64,000 nt of DNA from a virus (taxonomy: Duplodnaviria > Caudoviricetes), in the IMG/VR virus record IMGVR_UViG_2928595623_000002, positions 1 to 64,000 of that record; one strand, written 5' to 3'. Shown here piece by piece: positions 9,063 through 17,701 of the stretch. Below the pieces are notes generated by a model. The model made no database searches and had not been told where the DNA came from. It saw only the letters and a list, made by a program, of their open reading frames with translations. Each line of letters begins with the position of its first letter. Position 1 is the stretch's first letter. Position numbers and translations under genes: made by a program.

Positions 9063-9433
9063 TCCGCAGCTTCGCGCATAGCGTTGTAAACGCGATCGCC
9101 GTAGCCGTAGCCCATGCGGCGGTCGTCGCGATCATTGGCCAATGCCTCCCACCATTCCTCGACGGCACGTTTGCCGATGTCGGTGGTTGTGTCTGTGATG
9201 ACGTCAGCGATCCAATGAAACAGCATCTTCTCGCGGCTGGTGACCACATAGCAGCGGTTGCTTTCAGGCAGCAGGATATGACCGCCCTTGAGTTCGATAG
9301 ACGAGACTTCAAACAGCCCGTCCTTTTCACTCAGGATCGCCGTTCCTTCAAACATAGCTCCTTCGCACGGGAAACCGCCGATGGTCAGCTGCAGTTCTTC
9401 GAATGCAAACTCGAGATCGTCCATTGTCCTCAC
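9059..9433 (-). CDS. Hypothetical acidic phage protein
   Basis: Coupled ORF with RBS. Confidence 0.65.
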   Translation of the reverse strand: MRTMDDLEFAFEELQLTIGGFPCEGAMFEGTAILSEKDGLFEVSSIELKGGHILLPESNRCYVVTSREKMLFHWIADVITDTTTDIGKRAVEEWWEALANDRDDRRMGYGYGDRVYNAMREAAE

Positions 9434-9535
9434 TCCGTTGATCGTTAGCCGCCGGATTGCTCGTGGCCCGGCCCGGTGGCTGTTGTTCCGGGCGGTGGGT
9501 TACATCTTGCACCTCCGATCTAGTCGCTTTCGAAT

Positions 9536-9781
9536 TTAGCCGTAGCCGGAGCCGTCGCCGTAGCCGGAGCCGGAGCCGTAGCCGTAGCCGTAGCCGTAGC
9601 CGTAGCCGTAGCCGTAGCCGTAGCCGTAGCCGTAGCCGTAGCCGTCGCCGTAGCCGTAGCCGTAGCCGGAGCCGTCGCCGTAGCCGTAGCCGTAGCCGGA
9701 GCCGTAGCCGGAGCCGGAGCCGTCGCCGTCGCCGTCGCCGTCGCCGATTTCGTAGTCTTCAAAAGCAAGAGCCTTATTCAC
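9536..9781 (-). CDS. Gly-Tyr/Asp/Ser repeat low-complexity protein
   Basis: 12-aa leader plus 69 aa of strict G-X alternation; GTGA overlap with upstream gene. Confidence 0.7.
   Translation of the reverse strand: MNKALAFEDYEIGDGDGDGDGSGSGYGSGYGYGYGDGSGYGYGYGDGYGYGYGYGYGYGYGYGYGYGYGSGSGYGDGSGYG
9539..9745. repeat. Hexamer tandem repeat (GCCGTA/GCCGGA/GCCGTC), ~34 units
   Basis: Directly visible; 11 perfect GCCGTA at 9575-9640. Confidence 0.98.
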
Positions 9782-10164
9782 GACTGCACAGCGTCCTTTA
9801 TCGCATCAATGCTTGCGATTGCCGCATCAGAAGCAGGAATAATCTCAAGCGCATCAAGAACTGTCTGCGTCGGAACAGTCGGAGAGAACTTGTTTGTCGA
9901 TCCGCTCACGCCATTGGTGGCGACTGCCGAAAGGCTGATCCCTTCCTTTGCCTTCCACGACCAAAGACGGCGGCAATTCTTGATTTCCACCATGCGACCG
10001 TCTTGCGCTGCGACTTCGCCAAAGAACACACCGGAAGCGTACGTGCGGATAATGCAGCGCTTGCCGATATGCGGCGTAAATGTGCCTGACGCCTGCTGTG
10101 TCGCCGCGCCAAACATTGCAGCCAGTTCTTTTGCCTGACCAATTGTGAGTTCGTTGATGTCCAC
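9778..10164 (-). CDS. DUF6948-like small beta-rich protein; first gene of pL operon
   Basis: IGKRCIIRTYASGVFFG...RRLWSW...SLSAVA.NG; GGAGG RBS before GTG. Confidence 0.7.
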   Translation of the reverse strand: MDINELTIGQAKELAAMFGAATQQASGTFTPHIGKRCIIRTYASGVFFGEVAAQDGRMVEIKNCRRLWSWKAKEGISLSAVATNGVSGSTNKFSPTVPTQTVLDALEIIPASDAAIASIDAIKDAVQS

Positions 10165-10241
10165 TGTCGCCTCCGTTGGGTTGATAACCAGCCGCCCGTT
10201 TCGTCGTCCTTGGAGCATCATTCGTGCGGCTTGCGAGGAGT

Positions 10242-10313
10242 ACTGTAGCAGCAACATAAAACGTGTCAACATAAATCGTGTTGAAAACGACCGGAGCAAC
10301 ACAAAAAATGTTG
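10242..10313 (-). promoter_or_regulatory. pL promoter and OL operators
   Basis: TTGACA-16-TACAGT on minus strand; CAACA-N7-TGTTG at 10267 and 10297, imperfect copy at 10252. Confidence 0.8.
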
Positions 10314-10334
10314 CGCAATTGATCTAATAGGGGC

Positions 10335-10369
10335 AAAAGAAAAACGCCGGAGGGATGATCCTGCCGGCG
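10335..10369 (-). terminator. Intrinsic terminator for leftward (cI-direction) transcription
   Basis: CGCCGG...CCGGCG stem followed by U-tract on minus strand. Confidence 0.65.
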
Positions 10370-10567
10370 CTCAAAGCAAAACACGAAGCAGCACAAGCCG
10401 CGGAGTGTCAAAAAATGATGCATTATGCCTAACACATCAAAAAAATAGATGGAATAGGATAATGTTGTTTTGAGGCGTGAAAAGTTGATTTTTTTGGGTC
10501 TGCTCGGAGGTTCCCGCCAAAAATATTCAACCAGAAACGCAAAGGCAGCGGTTTTTAGAAGTTTCGC

Positions 10568-10913
10568 CCGCGTCGCCTATCATCAGGTATATGAAATGGA
10601 CGCGGTGCCGATGCCAGGCTCATCGGACGAAGTTACACGGGGTTGATGGCCCGCCGGAAACACAGTTTTGCAAACTGCCGGACAACCGATAGCACCTTTC
10701 GAGGATGGAGGCGAAAGCCGCCAAATGTTTCTACAGAGTTCCGATTGTACCGCCTGACCAGCGGGAGGATGTAGACCTCAAGCCCTGTAGCGGCAGGGAA
10801 AACAAACCGAGCTATCGGGGTATATGGACTTCATGGATGCTTGGTGCGTAGCTAGCGCACATGGCTGGTGCTCCTCCTCAGGACCATCATTAGACTAGGT
10901 TATGCCTATGATA
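10568..10913 (+). ncRNA. Candidate large structured ncRNA of unknown family
   Basis: No ORF of 60 aa or more; many nested stems, GAAA and UUCG loops, long-range pairing. Confidence 0.5.
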
Positions 10914-10941
10914 CTGGTGGCAGGTTGTTTGAAGTGAATGA

Positions 10942-11742
10942 TCACATCTTTGTGAAACGACCGACTACGCGGCCAACTATTCTGAATTCATCGAATGCTC
11001 TGATTACGGGCGGCTCGTCTGGTGACGCCTCAGAAACAATGCGGTAGGCCGGCGGGTGAGACGATGTTACTTTCTTGAGCGTCTTAGCCTGCAGCACGCC
11101 GTCCCCGTCATCGATCACATAGACAGCGTCACCCATCCAAGCGTTTTGCGAGACGTCCACTAGAATACGATCGTTCGAGCGTAGCACGGGCTCCATAGAA
11201 TGTCCGATCACTGGAAGGACGATAATCTGTGACGGCGCCGCGTCAAGCGCATTGCGGATATAGCCGGGCGGAATAAGCCATTCGTTGACGACTGGATGCC
11301 CGGTGGCGATGCCATTAGAAACGACGCGCGCCGATCGGTCGTCAATCTGCCCTTGTCCAAGCCCAGGGCGCGCTGAGAACTCAGGAGAAGACCCGCTAAT
11401 CGTTCGATTGAACGTGATAAGCCCATCGACAAGAGCGCCGCCGTTGCCATCCCATTCGTCGCCATTCTCGTTTTCTGGCTGATCTGGGTCAAATGAGCTG
11501 ACGATGCGATATGGCGCCGGCTTTGACGGACGTTCTACATTCTCTCCGGTAAGCAGGTATGCCGCGCTCGTATTGAATTTGCGGGCGTACTTCTCTGCCA
11601 TATCAGGCGAAAATTCATTTTGTCCGTTTTCATGCGCACGATAACTCGAAGCTGAAACGCCGAGCGCAGCCGCTGCCTTTGAAGCGGATTCAAAGCCCGC
11701 TTCCTCTCTCATTTTTTTGAGTCTTTCGCCCATGCTTGTCAT
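10942..11742 (-). CDS. cI: CI-like repressor (XRE HTH + S24 peptidase)
   Basis: N-terminal HTH; GHSMEP serine and downstream lysine; divergent from cro. Confidence 0.93.
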   Translation of the reverse strand: MTSMGERLKKMREEAGFESASKAAAALGVSASSYRAHENGQNEFSPDMAEKYARKFNTSAAYLLTGENVERPSKPAPYRIVSSFDPDQPENENGDEWDGNGGALVDGLITFNRTISGSSPEFSARPGLGQGQIDDRSARVVSNGIATGHPVVNEWLIPPGYIRNALDAAPSQIIVLPVIGHSMEPVLRSNDRILVDVSQNAWMGDAVYVIDDGDGVLQAKTLKKVTSSHPPAYRIVSEASPDEPPVIRAFDEFRIVGRVVGRFTKM

Positions 11743-11765
11743 GGCCAGAAGGTTTTCAGAGTTTG

Positions 11766-11805
11766 CAACACAAATCATGTTGACAACGCAACATATATCG
11801 TGTTG
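11766..11805. promoter_or_regulatory. OR operators and pR
   Basis: caacacaaatcatgttg 11766, caacatatatcgtgttg 11789; TTGACA at 11780. Confidence 0.85.
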
Positions 11806-11814
11806 ATTAGTGCC

Positions 11815-12114
11815 ATGAACATGATCACAGAAATCGAAACAGTTGATGACATCGTCTCGGTACTCGGCGGGAACGCCTCGATGGCGAGGGTGATTTGTAA
11901 GGGCCCGTCTGCTGTCTCTGAGATGAAGAGACGCGACAGCATCCCGGTCGAATACTGGCCTGCTATCGTAGCTGAATGCGCGACATTAGGGCGCGACGAC
12001 ATAACGCTAGAGGCGATCGCAACTGTCATGGCGAATGCAGCGATGAGACGTCGAGGTGGGCGCGAAAAGCTACGCCATGACGTGTTCCGTGAGACAGCGC
12101 AGGAGGGCGTGTAA
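11815..12114 (+). CDS. cro: Cro-like repressor
   Basis: LGG...MAR...SAVSEMKRRDSIPVEYW; position. Confidence 0.8.
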   Translation: MNMITEIETVDDIVSVLGGNASMARVICKGPSAVSEMKRRDSIPVEYWPAIVAECATLGRDDITLEAIATVMANAAMRRRGGREKLRHDVFRETAQEGV

Positions 12115-12371
12115 TGACTGACAAGCCGGTCGTTAAGTTCATCATCATTCATGAAAGCGTCTCCAAGTCGTGGATGCGTGACAGCTCTACGTTTGCTCTG
12201 TTTGCAGGACTTATCCTGCTAGGCGTCTTTGTTGGTTCTTCAACGATGGAGTGGGCCGGGTTCATTTTGGCGTTTTTCGTTTTGTTCTCAAGAGTTGCGG
12301 AAATGAACTCAGGCTTGAAACGTATGACACGCGAAGAGGCGATAGAGCATCTGCAGAATGGAGACGTGTGA
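12114..12371 (+). CDS. Small membrane protein
   Basis: Two TM segments. Confidence 0.65.
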   Translation: MTDKPVVKFIIIHESVSKSWMRDSSTFALFAGLILLGVFVGSSTMEWAGFILAFFVLFSRVAEMNSGLKRMTREEAIEHLQNGDV

Positions 12372-12574
12372 TGGAAGAGGCATTTCTCAAATCTGTTGAC
12401 GGCAAAATTACCGGCGTCATGGGCGCTGAAGACACGGAGAAGGTTCGCGCTAATCTTATCCGTTGGCTCATTGACGACAAGGCCGAGATGGTCATTCGCG
12501 TCCCTGTAGAGCTTGCAAAGAGATCGTTTTTCAAAAGCACAGCGTCTGTCCTTTCCGAACTGGAGAACGCGTGA
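12371..12574 (+). CDS. Hypothetical protein
   Basis: Coupled ORF. Confidence 0.55.
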   Translation: MEEAFLKSVDGKITGVMGAEDTEKVRANLIRWLIDDKAEMVIRVPVELAKRSFFKSTASVLSELENA

Positions 12575-12747
12575 TGGGTGACAACATTTTTTATATCTCA
12601 TTTTTCTTGCTGATCGCGTTTGTGGTTGGCGGTGCTTTCTATTTCTCAGACGCAGAAATGAAGCGATCAGCTGAAATGGAGTTAGAGTGCATCAAAGCAG
12701 GAAACCAGGTTATTTCTGGCAACTGCGTACACGGGGCGTCGAAATGA
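12574..12747 (+). CDS. Small membrane protein (57 aa, not in ORF track)
   Basis: MGDNIFYISFFLLIAFVV...; coupled at both ends. Confidence 0.55.
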   Translation: MGDNIFYISFFLLIAFVVGGAFYFSDAEMKRSAEMELECIKAGNQVISGNCVHGASK

Positions 12748-12874
12748 CTGACGCTCACGGAATTGCACGCGAAATCATTTCCAATTCGGCAGGGGACTCC
12801 GACCTGACGCCAGCCGTTGCCGCGCGCGGTTCCGAAGAAAGCGCGGCATTAAATTCGACCATGGAGGCTGCGGA

Positions 12875-13060
12875 ATGAACACGCCAGCCACCATTGAACA
12901 AGAGTTCGATCTTGCGACCAGCCGCATTGAAGTTTTCGCGGTTGAGATCCTGAACGAGATCGACATTCCAGAAGAACAGTTTGATCGCGCTGTGATGTTC
13001 GATGTTGAGCGTCAAGCCGTGCGCGGTTCTGGACACCGAGTATGGGGAGAGGGTGCATGA
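12875..13060 (+). CDS. Hypothetical protein
   Basis: Coupled ORF with GGAGG RBS. Confidence 0.55.
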   Translation: MNTPATIEQEFDLATSRIEVFAVEILNEIDIPEEQFDRAVMFDVERQAVRGSGHRVWGEGA

Positions 13061-13395
13061 AGATGATTACAACAGTTCTTGAATGGTCAACCGACATTGA
13101 CGCCGCCCCGCGTGGTGAGATTGTCGAAAAGGTTGTCGATGTTCAGCGAAACGGAAAGCGAGAGCGCAGGGTTTACGAAGAGTACGTACCTACGAAAATT
13201 CTTGCGCTTACGAAGTGCGGAAAGATCGTCGTGACGCATTACATTCCGCCTCGCTTTACGCAATCCGGATCGAAGCTTGATGGCGATCGATGGAGCGTTT
13301 TTGCGGCCAACGAGGCGCCTGTGATGTGGGCAGCAATGCCAAGTGCTGAAATTCTTCAATCATTCCTTGGTGGAAGCTATGACACAGCGGCCTGA
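13057..13395 (+). CDS. Hypothetical phage protein
   Basis: WSTDIDAAPRG motif. Confidence 0.65.
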   Translation: MKMITTVLEWSTDIDAAPRGEIVEKVVDVQRNGKRERRVYEEYVPTKILALTKCGKIVVTHYIPPRFTQSGSKLDGDRWSVFAANEAPVMWAAMPSAEILQSFLGGSYDTAA

Positions 13396-13618
13396 CGAAC
13401 TCATAGAGGATTACAAGTCCAGCTATCGCGCTCACTTCGGCGGTGAAGCTCCGAAGGTATGGAAAGGCTCGCACGGCGGCTTCACGATCGTACACCATGA
13501 CGGCGGACGAGAGAACCTTAGCGCTAGACAGATGCGCCTCTTCACCGCCATCAACTACGAGATGGCAGAAGCAGTTAAGCAGGAGAACGAACATCGCGTT
13601 TCTATGGTGATGGTATGA
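13379..13618 (+). CDS. Hypothetical protein
   Basis: Overlapping operon ORF. Confidence 0.5.
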   Translation: MTQRPDELIEDYKSSYRAHFGGEAPKVWKGSHGGFTIVHHDGGRENLSARQMRLFTAINYEMAEAVKQENEHRVSMVMV

Positions 13619-14088
13619 CGTCATATCGTTCCGTCCCTCGCTCAAAGTTGGAAGCTGATCTTTCACAGCTGCGAGCTGAAATCGCAGATGCACAGGCGCT
13701 AGCTAATTCTATACGCATCGAAATGCAGGCGCGCCTTGCCGAGCCACTGGCTGTCATCGGAAGGCTTGAAAAGAAAGCAGATGAGATCGACGCGGAGATC
13801 AAGCGGCGCGAACAAAATGACGCGATTGTGCCGACGGTGAGCGATCACGCTTTGTTGAGATACATTGAGCGCGTGCATGAAGTTGACATTGAGCAGATAC
13901 GCGGAATTTTGCTTGAGAAGGCAGAGGCAGCGATAAAGGCCGGCGCGTCTGCTGTGAGGCTTGATGATTGCACATTGGTTATTCGCGGGTCTTCCGTTGT
14001 GACTGTAAAGGTAGAGCAAAAGCGCGAGAAACCTAAGAAGATGACGCGCGCTAAACGTCAACAGTTTGAGGACTACGAACATGCATAG
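13615..14088 (+). CDS. Coiled-coil protein with VSDHALLRYIER domain
   Basis: Recurrent phage motif. Confidence 0.7.
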   Translation: MTSYRSVPRSKLEADLSQLRAEIADAQALANSIRIEMQARLAEPLAVIGRLEKKADEIDAEIKRREQNDAIVPTVSDHALLRYIERVHEVDIEQIRGILLEKAEAAIKAGASAVRLDDCTLVIRGSSVVTVKVEQKREKPKKMTRAKRQQFEDYEHA

Positions 14089-14516
14089 TATCCTCTACGC
14101 AATCGTTGGATTTGTGTTTGTGCTGTTTGTCTTCGCCGTGGCGCTCGTCCGCTTCTCTCGTAATGAACATGATGAAGAAGACATGAACGGCGCGCTTGAA
14201 GGCGACCAGGTGAATTTCAAAGACAACCATTCGATCGGTCACTCCTCCCTGTAAGGCTGATCGATAGCGAGCGCCGCGTCATCCTCCTCCCCGCGGCGCT
14301 CGCACCTAATTCGCGGAAAGCGACTGGATAGCCGAAGAACTACGGCGTTTGTCGCTTCCGATATTGGAATAAACGTCTCGCCGATGCGGCGGACGGTCGT
14401 GGGAATTTGATTTGGCTCCGCAACCGGCCTCTGATTTTTCCCACGACCACTCTTATTCGACTTCCTGCGCATGACTGCCTCCTTGAACAAGAGCAATCAA
14501 GCAAAGGAAAATTGTC

Positions 14517-14894
14517 ATGGACGACAAAACACATGGTTTTCACGACGAAATTTTTGGCAGGAAAGACAAGGTAATGCGTGCTGCTTTAATGGACGACGTC
14601 AAAGGAATGGCTGGGTTTCTCCTAGCCAAGGAACATCGTGGGCCTGGCGATACGATAGAGGCAGCCAGTTACCGCGTTCAGACGAAATACGGCGTGCCGG
14701 CATCGTTCTTGATGAGGCTACGTCATCGCGAAGTAAAAGACATCATGATGTCAAACTTCATCGCGCTGGCGACGGCATATCAAGCGGCACTCAATAAGAT
14801 AGATCGGGCCTACGAGCATGAGAAGGCTTTGGCAGACAATACGAAAATTCTCCGCTTGGCTCGTGCTTTGGCTGGCGAGGAAGGCGAGGGGTAG
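14517..14894 (+). CDS. Putative DNA-binding regulator (CII-like position)
   Basis: HRGPGDTIEAA..R.Q.KYG helical motif. Confidence 0.55.
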   Translation: MDDKTHGFHDEIFGRKDKVMRAALMDDVKGMAGFLLAKEHRGPGDTIEAASYRVQTKYGVPASFLMRLRHREVKDIMMSNFIALATAYQAALNKIDRAYEHEKALADNTKILRLARALAGEEGEG

Positions 14895-14897
14895 GTG

Positions 14898-14981
14898 ATG
14901 ATATACGGAAGTGTCTGCTCCGGGATAGAGGCGGCAACGATGGGTTGGCACCAACTGCATGGTGAGGAGAACGATCGATGA
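14898..14981 (+). pseudogene. N-terminal stub of a C5 cytosine DNA methyltransferase
   Basis: MIYGSVCSGIEAATMGWH resembles motif I of phage Dcm-like enzymes; stops after 27 aa. Confidence 0.7.
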
Positions 14982-15145
14982 ACGTGGTTTTGTGGGGCCT
15001 ATTTTTGGCCTGTTATGTTATTCTCATTGCATCGATGGCATATGCGCACGAGAGACGCGACAGATCGATTTTTCTGTCTGGATTGACATGTGGTGTGGTG
15101 TTTATAGCGATAGCCAATCAGGTGGCGAAGGCGGTGCTGGGATGA
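14978..15145 (+). CDS. Small two-TM membrane protein (55 aa)
   Basis: GAGGAG RBS; ATGA coupling at both ends. Confidence 0.55.
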   Translation: MNVVLWGLFLACYVILIASMAYAHERRDRSIFLSGLTCGVVFIAIANQVAKAVLG

Positions 15146-15230
15146 CAGACCCAGCCGAAATGCTGTCATGGATAGATAGGCGCATAGCGAGCGCAAAGAA
15201 ATGGCTTGAAGTGGATTGAATAGGTGAGTA

Positions 15231-15833
15231 ATGGCTAGACGACATGTATTCATCAAATGCTCTGTGGATGACTGCGAGAGAAATGGCCATCGTTCTGGCG
15301 GCGGATCACGCGGTTGCTGCGCAATACACTACTACCGTCTTCTAAAGCATGGCGACCCACTCGGTGGAAGGACGTTCGCCGGAGATCCTATGAGATGGAT
15401 GGAAGATCACAAGCGCTATGCTGGTGATGAGTGCTTAAAGTGGCCATTTGGCAAGGCCAATAAGGGATATGGCCTCATTCTTGTCGATGGGAGGAACATG
15501 CAGGCTAGCAGGTTCATGTGCATTTTAGCGCATGGAGTTCCAGAGTCTCCTGATCTCCAAGCTGCACATACTTGCCATAACGGTCACCAAGGATGCGTCA
15601 ACCCTCGGCATTTGAAGTGGGAAACTTTTGCCGAGAACAATAAGGTGAGGCCAAGAGCGCGTTTCGGCAGCAACTCGCCATCAGCAAAACTGTCTGAGGA
15701 GCGGGTTGCTTATATGCGACGAGTGTATAAAGCCGGCAATTCAACTCAAGAAGAACTCGCGGAACTTTTCGGGGTAAACATTTCCACCGTCAACAGTGTC
15801 ATCCATCGGAAGACGTGGAGGCATGTAATATGA
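15231..15833 (+). CDS. HNH homing endonuclease with N-terminal Zn finger and C-terminal HTH
   Basis: CSVDDC..C..HY; CLKWP..GYG; AAHTCHNGH.GCVNPRHL. Confidence 0.88.
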   Translation: MARRHVFIKCSVDDCERNGHRSGGGSRGCCAIHYYRLLKHGDPLGGRTFAGDPMRWMEDHKRYAGDECLKWPFGKANKGYGLILVDGRNMQASRFMCILAHGVPESPDLQAAHTCHNGHQGCVNPRHLKWETFAENNKVRPRARFGSNSPSAKLSEERVAYMRRVYKAGNSTQEELAELFGVNISTVNSVIHRKTWRHVI

Positions 15834-15936
15834 TGGACAGTTACCTTTTCCGATCCTGCTTTGACGACATCGCCATGCTGACGGAAATACGCGCCGCCTA
15901 TGCCAAGGCGCTAGCAAGAAGGGAGGCTGGGCAATA

Positions 15937-16791
15937 ATGGCAAAGCTCACGAAAGCGCAAGCGAAAGCCCATCAGCAGGCCTGTGACCTCCTAAATAAGG
16001 ACGTTCTGTCAGATGACGAAAAGTTTTTTGTAATTGAAAACTGGCAGGAGTCGGCGATGCACATCAACAGCACATCGGGGGCTTTTTTTACTCCATATGG
16101 TCTAGCTCGTGATTTTGCGATTGAGACATTCTCCGGGCGGATGATCGACCTATGCGCCGGTATTGGAACCCTATCGTTTGCAGCTTCTATGATGCACCGC
16201 TGGTCTTCGGCACGGCTAGACATCACCTGCATTGAAATCAACCCAGCCTATGTGGCTGTCGGACGGAAGATTTTGCCAGAGGCGACATGGATAGAGGCTA
16301 GCGTGTTCGATGTTATCGATATGGACCTAGGCCGTTTCGACATCGCCATTAGCAATCCTCCTTTTGGGAGGATAACGCGACCTGATGGTAAAAGAAGCCC
16401 GAGATATACTGGAGCAGAGTTCGAATTCCATGTGATAGATATTGCCGCGCACCTGGCTGGCTACGGCGTGTTCATTTTGCCTCAAATGTCGTCTGGGTTC
16501 CGCTACAGTGGATCGCAGCACTACCAGCGCGATACGAGCGGAAAGGCATTTGATTTTCAACAGAAGACGGGCGTCTATTTCGGCCCATCGTGCGGCATCG
16601 ACACGGCAACATATCTTGGCGACTGGCGCGGTGTGTCCCCGCTCTGCGAGGTCGTCTGCTGTGAGTTTGCGGAGTTGGCCGCGGTTCCTTGCCACGACGC
16701 TCATGTGCAGTTGCCTACCACTGTTTACCAGGCGACATCGAAACCTACGGGAACCACCAGCCAGTTGAGCTTATTCGGAGAAGTCGTATGA
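15937..16791 (+). CDS. Amino (N6A/N4C) DNA methyltransferase
   Basis: GAFFTP, IDLCAGIG (motif I), SNPPF (motif IV). Confidence 0.85.
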   Translation: MAKLTKAQAKAHQQACDLLNKDVLSDDEKFFVIENWQESAMHINSTSGAFFTPYGLARDFAIETFSGRMIDLCAGIGTLSFAASMMHRWSSARLDITCIEINPAYVAVGRKILPEATWIEASVFDVIDMDLGRFDIAISNPPFGRITRPDGKRSPRYTGAEFEFHVIDIAAHLAGYGVFILPQMSSGFRYSGSQHYQRDTSGKAFDFQQKTGVYFGPSCGIDTATYLGDWRGVSPLCEVVCCEFAELAAVPCHDAHVQLPTTVYQATSKPTGTTSQLSLFGEVV

Positions 16792-17351
16792 CAGTAGTAG
16801 CAAGCCGCTTCGAGCGCAGACACCGCGATCTGTACGAAACAGAAAAGTGGGCTACTGAGGCACTTATTCGCCGGTTCCCAGTCCACGGCCTCACGGTATG
16901 GGAGCCGGCGGCTGGCAACCACATGATTGCCGATGTTCTTCGCGAGGCTGGAGCAACAGTTCGCACGTCCGATATTGCGGTCTACGATCGCCAGCATGAC
17001 GCCATCTATGATTTCCTTGTCGATCGCCCGCATAGCGAGCCGTTGGTGCAGGCGATCATCACGAACCCTCCTTATGGCAAGGGCAACCGAGACGCCGTCA
17101 TATTCGCGCGCAATGCGCTGGAGCGATGCGACGGCCTCGTTGCGCTTCTGCTGACGGCCAAATTCGATTTTGGAAAGACGCGCCGGTTCCTGTTCGCTGA
17201 CAATGATCGGTTCTGGGCAAAGATCGCTCTTGTCGATCGTATCCAGTGGTTCCCTGGCGACACGTCAGGGACTGAAGATCATGCTTGGTACATATGGGGA
17301 CCAAAGGGCGCTCGTTACACCAAAACGATGTTTTGGGAGGGGAAAAAATGA
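16788..17351 (+). CDS. Small amino DNA methyltransferase
   Basis: DLYET, WEPAAG, ITNPPY, HAWYIW. Confidence 0.82.
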   Translation: MTVVASRFERRHRDLYETEKWATEALIRRFPVHGLTVWEPAAGNHMIADVLREAGATVRTSDIAVYDRQHDAIYDFLVDRPHSEPLVQAIITNPPYGKGNRDAVIFARNALERCDGLVALLLTAKFDFGKTRRFLFADNDRFWAKIALVDRIQWFPGDTSGTEDHAWYIWGPKGARYTKTMFWEGKK

Positions 17352-17701
17352 TACGACTTTCCCTGCCATATCCACCATCTGCATGGGATCTCTACACGGG
17401 ATGGGGGAAAGGCCGCCGGCTATCGAACGAATACAAGAAATGGCGCGATGACGTTGGCTACTTCGTCAAGGTGCCCAAAGAGCCGATATCGGTTCCATTC
17501 TCCATATCTATCGCGCTTCGTCGCGGAAGCGGGCGGCATGACCTAGACAACAGAGCAAAGGGCATTCTCGACGCACTGCAGCATTATGGCGTGATCAAAA
17601 ACGATAACCTATGCGAGCGGATTTCAATGCACTGGGACGCTGATTTACCGGCTGAGTGCGTTGTGCTGCTGCAAGAAGCAGAAGAGGCAGTAGCATCATG
17701 A
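17348..17701 (+). CDS. rusA: RusA Holliday junction resolvase
   Basis: LPYPPS; DLDNRAKGILDAL...ND. Confidence 0.88.
   Translation: MIRLSLPYPPSAWDLYTGWGKGRRLSNEYKKWRDDVGYFVKVPKEPISVPFSISIALRRGSGRHDLDNRAKGILDALQHYGVIKNDNLCERISMHWDADLPAECVVLLQEAEEAVAS

Noticed and set aside
9539-9745. CRISPR-like array
   Set aside because: No spacers and no cas genes; simple microsatellite
9457-10089. Arg-Ser repeat ORF (+) and Ala-Thr repeat ORF (9520-9768, -)
   Set aside because: Alternative frames of the hexamer repeat; only the GY frame is coupled to the upstream gene and keeps one residue invariant
15220-15865. Group I intron around the HNH gene
   Set aside because: Only ~10-30 nt of flanking sequence, so no room for a ribozyme core
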